From the NCBI GenBank assembly GCA_031409655.1, contig JANNXQ010000107.1, positions 32,001 through 96,000 of the forward strand: a DNA stretch of 64,000 bases. Direction: 5' to 3'. This DNA comes from Chthoniobacteraceae bacterium (GTDB taxonomy: Bacteria; Verrucomicrobiota; Verrucomicrobiia; Chthoniobacterales; Chthoniobacteraceae). The notes beneath the pieces were generated by a model. It had not been told where the DNA came from. It ran no database searches and was given only the letters and a program-made list of their open reading frames with translations. The position numbers and the translations under genes were made by a program. This document shows, one piece after another, positions 9,335-19,504 of the stretch. Numbering within the stretch: position 1 is the first letter of the stretch; each line of letters opens with the position of its first letter.

Positions 9335-10480
9335 ATGATGCGCTGGCTCGCCGGGCAGCTCTTTGAAGACACCACGCGCAGCGGCAAGCTCGCAGCGATG
9401 GATGGAGTGAGAGGCATCGCGGTGCTCACCGTTTTCCTCAGCCACAGCAGTGGCCGCGATCAGGCGATGGCTCCATGGCTCGCTTTCAACGGCATTGGCC
9501 ACATCGGCGTGTATCTCTTCTTTGTGCTCAGTGGTTTTTTGCTCGCGCACACGCTCCTGCGACGGCGGCAAAGCGCAGGCGAATTTTACCTCCGGCGCTT
9601 CTTCCGCATCTTCCCGCTCTACGCGCTGGTGGTCACCGCGGTGTTCCTCGTGCAGCACCACACCGGGGTTTTGGACACGCGCTATCTCCATGTGAAAGAC
9701 GGCGCGCTGGGTTGGTTGCGGCACCTGACGTTCCTGCAAGGAGACAGCGTCTTCTGGACGATCGCGGCGGAGTTTCAGTTCTACTTTGTGATGCCGTTCA
9801 TCGTTGCCGCATTGGTGCGCTGGGGTCGGCCCGCGGTGCTCGCGACGGTCGCGGTCGCGGTCGCTTACGGCGCGTGGTATCTGGCCATCGTCCACGGGCT
9901 GCTCCCGGCTTCGGCGGCGTTGAAAGTCGCACGGATTGCACATGCCGGGCAGTTCGTGGATGTCTTCCTGTGCGGCGTGCTCGCGGCCTATGCTTTCGAA
10001 AGCGCCGCAATCGCGCGCTGGTTTGCCGCAGCGCGGCGCTGGCTCGAGCCCACCCTCGCGATCCTCGCGGTCGCGGTGGCAGCCACTTCGCTCATCTGCG
10101 TCTCGGAGCACTTTCTCTGGTTCCGCCGACCCCTCTACGGCCTTCGCGATTTCTCGATCGTCTATGGCGCCATCTTCGCGGTCCTTTTGCTGGCCACACT
10201 TTACGACTACCGCCCCTTTGGCCGCGTGCTCATGCATGGCCTCCTGCGTCTCGCGGGGGTCATCGCTTTCGGTTGGTACCTGCTCCACTTTCCGATCTTC
10301 GAGGCGATCAATCGCTCGACCGCCGGCACTCCATTCGCGATTGGTGCAGTGAAGTTTCTGATCAGCTTTCTGCTCTGCATCGTCGCTGGCATTCTGAGCT
10401 ATCTGCTCGTCGAAAAACCCTGCATCCAGCTTTCCAAACGTCTCCTGCAACGCCGCACGCCCGCTCCCGTGCTCGCTTAA
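9335..10480 (+). CDS. Acyltransferase-3 (OafA-like) membrane O-acyltransferase
   Basis: DGVRGIAVL.V..SH, GV.LFFVLSGFL, FYLRRFFRIFPLY, WTIAAEFQFY, YLLH, SYLLVEKP. Confidence 0.9.
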   Translation: MMRWLAGQLFEDTTRSGKLAAMDGVRGIAVLTVFLSHSSGRDQAMAPWLAFNGIGHIGVYLFFVLSGFLLAHTLLRRRQSAGEFYLRRFFRIFPLYALVVTAVFLVQHHTGVLDTRYLHVKDGALGWLRHLTFLQGDSVFWTIAAEFQFYFVMPFIVAALVRWGRPAVLATVAVAVAYGAWYLAIVHGLLPASAALKVARIAHAGQFVDVFLCGVLAAYAFESAAIARWFAAARRWLEPTLAILAVAVAATSLICVSEHFLWFRRPLYGLRDFSIVYGAIFAVLLLATLYDYRPFGRVLMHGLLRLAGVIAFGWYLLHFPIFEAINRSTAGTPFAIGAVKFLISFLLCIVAGILSYLLVEKPCIQLSKRLLQRRTPAPVLA

Positions 10481-10485
10481 AAATA

Positions 10486-11184
10486 ATGTCCACCGTCTGT
10501 CTCATCCCCGCGCGCGGCGGTTCGAAGCGCATCCCACGCAAAAATCTCCGGTTCCTCGGCGGCAAGCCGCTGCTCGCTTACGCCATCGACAACGCGCGCG
10601 AAGCCGGCGTCTTCGACGAAATCGCGGTGTCCTCCGACGACCCGGAAATCCTCGCACTTGCCGAGCAGTGCGGCGTGCGTGCGGATCGGCGCCCCGAGCA
10701 CCTCAGCGGCGACATGACGAAGTTCGTCGAGGTGCTGGACGAATATCTGCGCCGACCCGAAGCCGCCCGCTTTCAGCATTTTGCCGGACTCCTGCCGACG
10801 TGCCCATTTCGCACGGTCGAAGACGTGCGCGCGGCGCTGGCCCTGAGCACCGGGCATCCGGACGCCTTCGTCGTCGGCGTCACCGCGTACGATTTCCCGC
10901 CGCAACTCGCCATGACCTTCGAGCCCACCACGAACGTGCTGACCATGTGCGAGCCGGGGACCTATCGTTTGACCACGCGCAGCCAGTCGCTCGGCACCCT
11001 GCATCATCCGAATGGCTCGATCTACTGCGGCCGCGTCGCCCGTTTCCTCCAGACGGGCACGTATTTCGAGCCCCCGCTCGTTGGCTACGCGATGCCGCCC
11101 GAGCGCTCTTTCGATATCGATTATCCCTACCAATTCGAAATCGCCGAAGCCATGCTCCGCGCCCGTTCACACCCCACCTCATGA
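10486..11184 (+). CDS. neuA: CMP-nonulosonate (acylneuraminate) cytidylyltransferase
   Basis: LIPARGGSKRIPRKN, PTCPFR, NGSIY, DID. Confidence 0.9.
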   Translation: MSTVCLIPARGGSKRIPRKNLRFLGGKPLLAYAIDNAREAGVFDEIAVSSDDPEILALAEQCGVRADRRPEHLSGDMTKFVEVLDEYLRRPEAARFQHFAGLLPTCPFRTVEDVRAALALSTGHPDAFVVGVTAYDFPPQLAMTFEPTTNVLTMCEPGTYRLTTRSQSLGTLHHPNGSIYCGRVARFLQTGTYFEPPLVGYAMPPERSFDIDYPYQFEIAEAMLRARSHPTS

Positions 11185-12107
11185 CCTACGCCGAAGCCAA
11201 AGCCGCCATCCGCGGACCCGTCGCCCCGATCCTCACCCCGTTTAAAAGCGACGACCATTCCGTCGATCACGAAGCCCTCGCGCGGTACGTCGATTTCCTC
11301 GTCGTGAAAGGCATCCCCGTGCTGCTCACCACCGTCGGCACGAGCCGGTTTAATCTTCTCACCACTGCCGAAATGATGGCGGTGAACGAAACCGTGGTGC
11401 GCACCGTGAATGGCCGCGCCATGACCATCGTCGCCGGTCCTCCGGATGGCGACACGCGCGAGAATGTCCGCTTTGCGCAGCACGCCGCGAAGATCGGCGC
11501 GGGCGCTTTCATCGCGATGTTTCCGGAGCGCTGGTATGGCGAGGAACCGCTCGTCCAATTCTTCAAGACGGTGAGCGAAGAATCGAGCATCGGCGTGATG
11601 ATCCACGAGATGGCCATGCGCAATGGGCTCGCCGGCGGACCGGTACAGTATTCGCTGCCGCTGCTCGACGGGCTCACCGATTTGCCAGGAATCATCGGCA
11701 TGAAGGAGGAATGCTGCGACGCGGAGTACAGCTACCGGATTATCCGCAAGGTGAGCCACAAGTGCGCGCTCATCGGCTGGGGCAGCATGAAGCGTTTCCT
11801 GCGCGATCATCATGCCGGCGCACGCAGCTATCTCATGGGCGTCGGCAGCTTTGTCCCGCACATCGAGTTGGCATTTTACGACGCCGTCATGGCGCGCCGC
11901 TACGACGAGGCGGAGAAGCTGGTGCGCGAAAACGAGGAGGATTATTTCCAACTCGCCGTCTCGCTCGGCTGGCATCGCGCGCTCAAGGAGACGCTCGACA
12001 TCTTCGGCCTGCTCCCGCGCACCGAGCGCCCGCCTTTCGGCGAACTCAGCGCTGCCGAACGCGCGCAGCTCGAGTCACTGGTGGAGAAGATCGGCTGGCG
12101 GAAGTAA
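11181..12107 (+). CDS. DHDPS/N-acetylneuraminate lyase-family class I aldolase
   Basis: PILTPF..D..VDHEAL..YVDFL, GTS.F..LT..E, GIIGMKE (Schiff-base Lys), RPPF. Confidence 0.85.
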   Translation: MTYAEAKAAIRGPVAPILTPFKSDDHSVDHEALARYVDFLVVKGIPVLLTTVGTSRFNLLTTAEMMAVNETVVRTVNGRAMTIVAGPPDGDTRENVRFAQHAAKIGAGAFIAMFPERWYGEEPLVQFFKTVSEESSIGVMIHEMAMRNGLAGGPVQYSLPLLDGLTDLPGIIGMKEECCDAEYSYRIIRKVSHKCALIGWGSMKRFLRDHHAGARSYLMGVGSFVPHIELAFYDAVMARRYDEAEKLVRENEEDYFQLAVSLGWHRALKETLDIFGLLPRTERPPFGELSAAERAQLESLVEKIGWRK

Positions 12108-12128
12108 GCGCCGCGCGCTCACGCAACT

Positions 12129-13580
12129 TTGGACCACAAGCACGCCGTCGAAGTGCTCGCCGAGATCGAGCGGCTCGCGGATGTGAATGCCCTGCGCGCT
12201 GGCGGACTTCGCATCTGGCCACTCCTGCGGGATGAATTGTGGAGCCAGCTCCTGCGTCCGACCTCTCACGCTGCCGCTGCTCCAGCGCCCGCTCCGCGTG
12301 CTGCATCCTTCGTGGGTCGCGCCGAAACCCGGTTGCGGCGCTGGGGGGAAAAGTCACGCTTGCGGTCGGTCCCGCGCGCCGATGCGCTTTTCCTCTCGCG
12401 GATCGAGGATTACGGCGACTGCCTCTCGGGTGAGTACTACAACCGGCACACCGACCCGATGCTCGAGTTCTGCCGGGCGCGGATGTCCTGCGTGAAGATC
12501 GAAGGCAGCGATGCAGGCACAGCGCGAACGCTGCCGCGGAAAGTCGGCACGGAAGTCCTGCACATCCAGAGTCTGGGCGCTGCGCCGACGGCACTGCCGG
12601 ACCTGGAAGGCGCGGAACCAGTGCGGGCGGCACTCGAGAAAATCGGCGAGTCGCTCTGGCTCGATGACGAAGCGTTGCGAAGCGCTACCGCCAAAGTGCT
12701 GCACCGCCGCGACGCCTTCCGCGCGGTGCTCAATCACATCCAGCCGCGCATCGCCTTTGTGGTCTGCTACTACGATCTCCGCGTGCTGCCGCTCCTCGCT
12801 GCCTGTCGCGAACGCGGGATTCCGACCGTCGATATTCAGCACGGCAAACAAGGCGTGTATCACGGCCACTACACGCATTGGACGCGGTTCCCGGAGGGCG
12901 GCTACGAGTTGTTGCCGGATTACTTTTGGGTGTGGGGTGAGGCCTCGCGGCGGCACATCGCGCAAGGTCAGCCCACGAGTCTCCAGCGGCATCGTGCGGT
13001 GGTCGGTGGCAATCGCTGGCTGGCACTTTGGCGAAAGGGCGACGCGTTTCCTCCGGACGCCGAGCAGGCGGCCTGGCTGGCCACAGTGCGCAGGGCAAAG
13101 CGCGTGATCCTCGTGACACTGCAACCGATCGACCCGCCGATTCCCGCCTCGGTGCGGGATGCGATCCGGCGCAGTCCCGAAGATTGGCTCTGGCTCTTGC
13201 GGGTGCATCCGCATCGGCGCGGCGACATCCCGAAGCTTGCTGCGGAAATCGCGGGCGGCGGTCGCGTCGAATTCGAGCACGCGAGCAGCGTTCCGCTTTA
13301 CGCCCTGCTCCGGGTCGCCCAGCGCCACATCACCTGCTGGTCGTCAGTGGCCTTTGAAGCGGATGCCTTCGAGGTACCGACGATGATCGTGCATCCGAGC
13401 GGCGCATCGCTTTACGCAGAAGACATTTCCGCCGGCCGCTTCCAATACGCCGAAGCCGCGACCACGCTCGCCGCCTGGATCGCCGGCGAAAATCCCGCTC
13501 GCTCTGTCGCCGAAGCCTACATCGAAACCGACGACGCCCGAGCCGAGTCCGCCCTCGCCACCATCCTCGCGAACGTTTGA
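12129..13580 (+). CDS. Putative GT-B-like nonulosonate transferase / capsule biosynthesis protein
   Basis: VCYY, DIQHG.QG, LPDYFWVWG, R.HP and SSVAFEA motifs; directly follows the neuA module. Confidence 0.55.
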   Translation: MDHKHAVEVLAEIERLADVNALRAGGLRIWPLLRDELWSQLLRPTSHAAAAPAPAPRAASFVGRAETRLRRWGEKSRLRSVPRADALFLSRIEDYGDCLSGEYYNRHTDPMLEFCRARMSCVKIEGSDAGTARTLPRKVGTEVLHIQSLGAAPTALPDLEGAEPVRAALEKIGESLWLDDEALRSATAKVLHRRDAFRAVLNHIQPRIAFVVCYYDLRVLPLLAACRERGIPTVDIQHGKQGVYHGHYTHWTRFPEGGYELLPDYFWVWGEASRRHIAQGQPTSLQRHRAVVGGNRWLALWRKGDAFPPDAEQAAWLATVRRAKRVILVTLQPIDPPIPASVRDAIRRSPEDWLWLLRVHPHRRGDIPKLAAEIAGGGRVEFEHASSVPLYALLRVAQRHITCWSSVAFEADAFEVPTMIVHPSGASLYAEDISAGRFQYAEAATTLAAWIAGENPARSVAEAYIETDDARAESALATILANV

Positions 13581-14494
13581 AAACGCCGCTTGCCATCTTT
13601 GCCTACCGCCGCCCGGCGCATCTCAAACGCACGCTCGCCGCACTGCCACTCTGCGCGCGGCTCGATGAATGTGCAGTCACCATCTTCTGCGACGGCCCGC
13701 GTGACGCCGCTGCAAGGAGCGACGTGGAAGCGGCCCGCAAAATCGCCCGCGCCTGGGCTCACGCGCACGGAGCCGAGGTCCGCGAGGCAGCGGAAAATCT
13801 CGGCCTCGCGCGTTCGATCGTCGGCGGTGTCACGGAACTCTGCGCCGTGCACGATCGGGTGATCGTGCTCGAAGATGACCTCGTGCCCTCGCCCGATTTC
13901 CTCGCCTTCATGCTCACCGCTCTCGACCGCTACGCCACCGAAGCGGAGGTCTGGCAGATCGGCGGATTTCGGCTGCCGTTTGCGTGGAGTGGAAATGCGG
14001 ACGCGCTTTTCCTGCCTTGCACGACGACGTGGGGCTGGGCCACGTGGCAGCGCGCGTGGCGGCACTTTCAGTGGGCGCCGCCCGACCTCGCGCAACTCGA
14101 CGACGAAGCCGTGAGTCGCGCCTTCGATCTCGAGGGTGCCTATCCCTACTCGCAGATGCTCCGCGATCGGCTCGCGGGCCGGAACGACTCGTGGGGCATC
14201 CTCTGGTGGTGGACGGTCTTTCGCGCTGCCGGGCTCGTCCTCTATCCGCGCGAATCCTTGCTCACGGTCGGCGGCTTTGACGGCAGCGGCACGCACTGCG
14301 GCGGCGACGGCGCGCTCGTGCGCGATCAGGCTTCCGGCACTTTTCCGCAGCGCGCTGCGCGTTTTCCTGAGCAGACGGCAGTGGACGTTGCCGCGCTCAC
14401 CGCGCTGCGCGAGCACTTGCGCAGAGCGGCTCGTCCCGCTCGTCCGAAGAGATCCTGGTGGCAGCGCGCGCTTTCACTTTCCACCGCGCCATGA
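13577..14494 (+). CDS. GT2-like glycosyltransferase
   Basis: [49 protein letters not shown]. Confidence 0.85.
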   Translation: MKTPLAIFAYRRPAHLKRTLAALPLCARLDECAVTIFCDGPRDAAARSDVEAARKIARAWAHAHGAEVREAAENLGLARSIVGGVTELCAVHDRVIVLEDDLVPSPDFLAFMLTALDRYATEAEVWQIGGFRLPFAWSGNADALFLPCTTTWGWATWQRAWRHFQWAPPDLAQLDDEAVSRAFDLEGAYPYSQMLRDRLAGRNDSWGILWWWTVFRAAGLVLYPRESLLTVGGFDGSGTHCGGDGALVRDQASGTFPQRAARFPEQTAVDVAALTALREHLRRAARPARPKRSWWQRALSLSTAP

Positions 14495-15090
14495 TCACCA
14501 GCCTCCGCCGAATCGCTGCGCGTCTGCTCGGGAGTCCAGCGCCGTTGCCGCCCGATTGGTCCGCCAGCGCCCGGCTCGCCTCCACCGCGCGCATTCATCC
14601 CGAAGCCTCCCTGCAAAATCTTTGCAAACGTCCGGAAAATATCGTCATCGGAGAGAATTCCCACGTGCGCGGTGAACTGCTGCTCTTCTGGGAAGGCGGC
14701 GGCATCCGCATCGGTGCGTGGAGTTACCTCGGCCACAGCAGCCGGGTGTGGTCGCGCCACTCCATCGAGATTGGGGATCACGTCCTCATCTCGCACGGCG
14801 TCGATATTCATGACACGGACAGCCACCCGATCGATTGGCGCCAACGGCGGCACGACATCGAGTGCGTGCTCAGTGGCCGGCCCGGCGAACGCACCGCGGA
14901 GATCCCGGGCGCGCCCGTGGTGATCGAAGACGACGTCTGGATCGGCTGCAAAGCCACGATCCTGAAAGGCGTGCGCGTCGGTCGCGGAGCCGTCGTCGCC
15001 GCGGGCGCGGTCGTCACGCGCAATGTGCCGCCCTTCACCGTCGTTGCCGGGAATCCCGCCCGCGCGATCCGCACCCTGCCTCATGACTGA
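14491..15090 (+). CDS. Hexapeptide-repeat (LbH) O-acetyltransferase
   Basis: [51 protein letters not shown]. Confidence 0.9.
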   Translation: MITSLRRIAARLLGSPAPLPPDWSASARLASTARIHPEASLQNLCKRPENIVIGENSHVRGELLLFWEGGGIRIGAWSYLGHSSRVWSRHSIEIGDHVLISHGVDIHDTDSHPIDWRQRRHDIECVLSGRPGERTAEIPGAPVVIEDDVWIGCKATILKGVRVGRGAVVAAGAVVTRNVPPFTVVAGNPARAIRTLPHD

Positions 15091-15859
15091 ACGCGTCGGC
15101 GACAGCCGCTTCTTTCCCGCCCTGCGCCAGCACTACCTGCAAGTGCCGAGCATCCTGCTCTGCCGCGTGCCCGAGTTGGAATACGCCGCGGCTCTCCGGC
15201 TCGGGACGGCGGCGCTCGATCACTGCTGCGGCGATGCGCGTTTCGCCAGCCTGGGCTGGCCAGGGGAAAAGTTCGCCGCTGGTTGCGACCTCGATGCGCC
15301 GGCGATCGAGAAGGCGCGCGCGTTTTCGCTGCACGAGCGCCTCGATGTCTGCGACGCCGCGCAGCGCCTGCCTTACGCAGACGCCACCTTCGATCTCGTC
15401 TTCAACAACAGCGCGCTGGAGCACATCCCCGATCTCGAACGCGCGCTCGCCGAAGTCGCGCGCGTCACCCGCCCCGGTGGCCGCTTCGCCTTCAATGTGC
15501 TCAATCACCGCTACTTTTCCTGGTGGCCATCCGACGCGCCGCCGGCTGCGGACTACCGCGCGTGGCAGCCCTTTTTCCACGCGCTGGATCTCGGCGAATG
15601 GACGCACCGACTGGCCACGGCGGGCTTCGATGTCCGCAAGGTGCAGGGTTACTTCGATGAAGAGGCGTCCCGCGTTCTCGCCTTACTCGACAGCGAATTC
15701 TCCGGTCACTTTTTCAAGCGGCACGTGAGCCGGCTCGTGCAGGAATATCAAAGCTCGCGCTGGAGTCGTTGGCAGTGGCGGCGGAAAATCGCCGGCCTGC
15801 GCTGGCCCACTGACGCGGATGCCGGGGCCGGATACTTCTTCGAGTGCGTGCGCCGGTGA
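15083..15859 (+). CDS. Class I SAM-dependent methyltransferase
   Basis: [33 protein letters not shown]. Confidence 0.82.
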   Translation: MTERVGDSRFFPALRQHYLQVPSILLCRVPELEYAAALRLGTAALDHCCGDARFASLGWPGEKFAAGCDLDAPAIEKARAFSLHERLDVCDAAQRLPYADATFDLVFNNSALEHIPDLERALAEVARVTRPGGRFAFNVLNHRYFSWWPSDAPPAADYRAWQPFFHALDLGEWTHRLATAGFDVRKVQGYFDEEASRVLALLDSEFSGHFFKRHVSRLVQEYQSSRWSRWQWRRKIAGLRWPTDADAGAGYFFECVRR

Positions 15860-16698
15860 GTGACCGGACGCAGCTCTCCTGGGAGGAAGCGGTGCGCTGG
15901 TATCGCACCCAGCCAGACAATGAAGCCGCCATCCGCGCAAACTTCTTCGACCTGCCTGTTATACAGGCGGCGGAGCGTTACGCGGCCTGCGAGGAATTTG
16001 CCGAAGTCGCACAGCTCCTCCGACCCGGCAAAGGTCGGACCATCCTCGACCTTGGCGCCGGCCATGGCATCGCGAGCTATGCGTTTGCCAGGGCCGGGTG
16101 GCGGGTCACTGCCTTGGAGCCGGACCCGAGCATGGAGGTCGGTGCGGGAGCGATCCGCGAAATCCAAGCCACCACTGGCTTGCCCATCACGATCGTTACG
16201 GAAGTCAGCGACACCCTTCCTTTTGCCGAGGCCAGCTTTGATGCCGTCTTCGCTCGCCAGGTGCTCCACCACGTCCCCGATCTCCGCCAGACGATGCGGG
16301 AACTTTTCCGCATCCTGCGTCGGCGAGGTTGCGTCCTCGCCATCCGCGAACATGTCGTCCACGACGATGAGGAACTCGCCCGCTTCCGCGCCAGGCACCC
16401 GCTCCACCATCTTTACGGAGGCGAAAACGCCTACCCCTTGGGCACCTACCTCGGGGCCGGATCGACGGCGGGCTTCAGCGTCGAGAGGACTTGGGGTCCG
16501 CTCGAGTCGATCCTGAACTTTGCGCCCGGCACTGAGGACGCCCGCCAGCGCTGGATCCGCCACCTCGCCCGGCGCCGCTTCTTCGGGCTCGGACGACTCT
16601 TCGCGCGCTCCCCTCACTCTATCGACGCCGCCCTCCGCGCCGAGGAGCGGACGAATCCCACTCCGGGCCGGATCCACTCCTTTCTCTTCCGAAAGTGA
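15856..16698 (+). CDS. Class I SAM-dependent methyltransferase
   Basis: LDLGAGHG, LPFAEASFDAVFARQVLHH; GTG start overlaps the upstream TGA. Confidence 0.85.
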   Translation: MSDRTQLSWEEAVRWYRTQPDNEAAIRANFFDLPVIQAAERYAACEEFAEVAQLLRPGKGRTILDLGAGHGIASYAFARAGWRVTALEPDPSMEVGAGAIREIQATTGLPITIVTEVSDTLPFAEASFDAVFARQVLHHVPDLRQTMRELFRILRRRGCVLAIREHVVHDDEELARFRARHPLHHLYGGENAYPLGTYLGAGSTAGFSVERTWGPLESILNFAPGTEDARQRWIRHLARRRFFGLGRLFARSPHSIDAALRAEERTNPTPGRIHSFLFRK

Positions 16699-17292
16699 AT
16701 GCGGCCCTTGCCGTTCATGCCCGACACTTTGCTCAAAGTTCTGAATTTGCGCTCCGCCGCCGTCCCCACTAAAGATCGCCGCCTGCCGAGCAGCAGCCCC
16801 GTCTTGAAAACCGTCCAGCACACCACGATCCGCCCCTTCTCCCAGGGTGATGCTTCTCCTTTAGCCAGCGTCCTCAGCCACGCGAGCGCAGCGTACACGC
16901 GCTTCTTCCATCCCTTCGTCTTCGAGACGGAAGTCATCGCAGACCTGACGGCCAACTCCGTCATCGACCAGTGGTTCATGATCGAAATCTCGGACGGCAC
17001 GGTTTCGACACCCGTCGGTTTCTACATGCTGCGCGGGATGGACGAGGGTTTTGAGGATCCCATGTATGGCGTCTTCATCGCCGAGAGCCATGCCGGCCGC
17101 GGCCTGGCCCGGCTCACCCTGGCCCACGCGGAAGCTCAGTGCCGACTGAATGGCTGGAAAAACATCCGCCTCAAAGTGGACCCCGAGAACGCCCGCGCGC
17201 ACCAACTCTACCTCGCGTGCGGTTTTAGATTTGAGTCCGACGATCCGAAAAACAGCGACCAGGTCGTCCTCATCCGTCAGGTCTCCAAATAA
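16699..17292 (+). CDS. GNAT N-acetyltransferase (start may be 16717 or later)
   Basis: HAGRGLAR (motif A), LKVDPENARAHQLY..CGF (motif B). Confidence 0.75.
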   Translation: MRPLPFMPDTLLKVLNLRSAAVPTKDRRLPSSSPVLKTVQHTTIRPFSQGDASPLASVLSHASAAYTRFFHPFVFETEVIADLTANSVIDQWFMIEISDGTVSTPVGFYMLRGMDEGFEDPMYGVFIAESHAGRGLARLTLAHAEAQCRLNGWKNIRLKVDPENARAHQLYLACGFRFESDDPKNSDQVVLIRQVSK

Positions 17293-17391
17293 GGGCGCCG
17301 CCCAGCCCCCGCGGGCCTTCCTCTTCTTACCACTGGCTCGTTTGTTTCATTCTCCTCGGTTGGCGGCGCGGTTTTTTGCGGGTGCGGAAAC

Positions 17392-18327
17392 ATGAAGACT
17401 GTCCTCATCACTGGCGTCGCTGGATTTCTCGGCCGCTTCATCGCGCGGCAGTTTGCCCGTGAAGGCTGGCGGGTCGTGGGCATCGACGTGGCTTCGCCGG
17501 AAAATGCGCAGCTCAGTCCCGGCACCATGTACCATCGGATGCAGCTCCCGAGTCCCGGCCTCCCGGATCTGCTCCGCGCGCTGCCGCCCGATGTCTGCGT
17601 CCACTGCGCGGGCCGGGCCTCAGTCCCTTTCTCGATGAAAGATCCCGCGGCGGATTTTCGCGACAACACCGTGCTCACCTTCGAACTCCTCGACGCGCTC
17701 CGCCGCGAAGCGCCGCGCTGCCATTTCCTCCTCCTCTCGAGCGCCGCAGTCTATGGCAACCCCGCCTCGCTCCCCGTCACCGAGACGCAGCGCACCGCAC
17801 CGCTCTCGCCCTACGGCTATCACAAGCTCCAGTGCGAACTGCTCTGCGAGGAATTCTCCCGGATCTACGCGCTGCCCACCACCGTCGTCCGCATCTTCTC
17901 CGCCTACGGTCCTGGCCTCCGCCGACAGGTGGTCTGGGACATCTGCGAACGCGTGCTCTCGTCGGCTTCGCTCACCCTGCACGGCACCGGTCGCGAGAGC
18001 CGCGACTTCATCCACGCCAGCGACATCGCTCGCGCGCTGGTCCTGCTCGCTGGCCAAAGCACCGCCCAGGCCGAAGTCTTCAATCTTGCCTCCGGCGAAG
18101 AGACGACCATCGCGCAACTCGCCGACATCCTGCTGGCCGCCTTGCTCCGCGACACGAAGCCCGCCTTCGACGGCCAGGCGACGCCCGGAAATCCGCTCAC
18201 CTGGCGCGCCGATATCGCGAAGATCCGCGCGCTCGGCTTCACCCCTTCCGTGACGCTCGAGCAAGGTCTCCGCAGCGTCGCCACTTGGGCGTCCGCCGAG
18301 TTGGCGGATAGTTTCCCTTCCGCCTAA
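17392..18327 (+). CDS. NAD-dependent epimerase/dehydratase
   Basis: TGVAGFLG, SSAAVYG, YGYHK, RIFSAYGP, RDFIH. Confidence 0.9.
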   Translation: MKTVLITGVAGFLGRFIARQFAREGWRVVGIDVASPENAQLSPGTMYHRMQLPSPGLPDLLRALPPDVCVHCAGRASVPFSMKDPAADFRDNTVLTFELLDALRREAPRCHFLLLSSAAVYGNPASLPVTETQRTAPLSPYGYHKLQCELLCEEFSRIYALPTTVVRIFSAYGPGLRRQVVWDICERVLSSASLTLHGTGRESRDFIHASDIARALVLLAGQSTAQAEVFNLASGEETTIAQLADILLAALLRDTKPAFDGQATPGNPLTWRADIAKIRALGFTPSVTLEQGLRSVATWASAELADSFPSA

Positions 18328-18328
18328 A

Positions 18329-19504
18329 ATGCCCACGAAGCGTCAGCACATCGGTCTCGTCGCCCTCGGAGGTTCCGGCTGGCTCGGCGGCGCCGCCTAC
18401 ATCCGCAATCTCGCGCGCGCCATCCGCATTGCCGATCCCGGAGCCCGCCTCACTTTCCTCTGCGCCGAGTCGCGCACCAAAGAGTGGAGCGACGACGGCA
18501 CCGTCGTCACCGTGCCCATCGACCGCCGCCGCGGCTTGCAACGCCTCCTGCCCAGCGGCTTGCCCAGGCTCCGTGAAATCGTCGCGGATGAGCAGATCGA
18601 ATTTCTCTACCCCATCACCTTCGACAACCGCTCCACGCTCGGCCTCGAACTGCCGGTCGGTCGCCAGCTCGGCTCCTGTCAGTGGGCCGGCTGGATTCCC
18701 GACTTTCAGCACCAGCACCTGCCGGAACTTTTCTCCCAGGCGGAACTCGATTTCCGGCGCAAGAACATCGGCGCCCTCGTCGCCGAGGCCCCGCAACTCG
18801 TCTTCAGCAGCGAAAATGCGCGGGCCGATTTCCGCGCGCTCTATCCAGAGCTTGCCGCAAAGGGGAGCGTTTTGCGCTTTGCGACGGCGCCCGATCCGAA
18901 GTGGTTCGCCCCGCCTGCCGTGCCGAAAGACTTCGACGTTCCCGCGCGATTCTTTCTCATCAGCAACCAATTCTGGACGCACAAAAATCACCTGCTCGTC
19001 TTCGAAGCGCTGCGCTTGCTCGCGGAGCAAGGCGTCCAGCCAATCGTCCTCTGCACCGGAAATATCAACGATCCGCGCGATCCCAACTACGTGGCGAAAA
19101 TCCGCGAGACCCTCGCGAGCTCCGGCCTCACGGAGCGCGTGCAGCTCCTCGGCATCATCCCGCGCGAAGCGCAGATCCATCTCATGCGCCGCGCACTCGC
19201 CGTCATCCAGCCATCGCTCTTTGAAGGTTGGAGCACGGTGGTCGAGGATGCGCGCCTCGTGGGCCGGCCGTGCCTGCTTTCCGATCTCGCCGTGCATCTG
19301 GAGCAGAATCCTCCCGGCGCCCACTACTTCCCGCGTCACTCCGCCGAAGCCCTCGCGACGCTCATCGCCGAGGTCTGGAAAAATGGCGCGCCCGGTCCCG
19401 ACGCCGCCGCCGAGGCCAGCGCCCGCGCCGCTGCCGATACGGCCCTGGCAGATTTTGGCGCGCGCTTCCTCGAGATCGCACGCCACACGATGTCGCCCTC
19501 ATGA
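18329..19504 (+). CDS. GT4 glycosyltransferase
   Basis: WIPDFQH, NQFWTHKNH, PSLFEGWSTVVEDA. Confidence 0.9.
   Translation: MPTKRQHIGLVALGGSGWLGGAAYIRNLARAIRIADPGARLTFLCAESRTKEWSDDGTVVTVPIDRRRGLQRLLPSGLPRLREIVADEQIEFLYPITFDNRSTLGLELPVGRQLGSCQWAGWIPDFQHQHLPELFSQAELDFRRKNIGALVAEAPQLVFSSENARADFRALYPELAAKGSVLRFATAPDPKWFAPPAVPKDFDVPARFFLISNQFWTHKNHLLVFEALRLLAEQGVQPIVLCTGNINDPRDPNYVAKIRETLASSGLTERVQLLGIIPREAQIHLMRRALAVIQPSLFEGWSTVVEDARLVGRPCLLSDLAVHLEQNPPGAHYFPRHSAEALATLIAEVWKNGAPGPDAAAEASARAAADTALADFGARFLEIARHTMSPS

Noticed and set aside
15856..17391. Horizontally acquired cassette suggested by apparently more A/T-ending codons
   Set aside because: Impression only; not quantified and no mobility marks seen.
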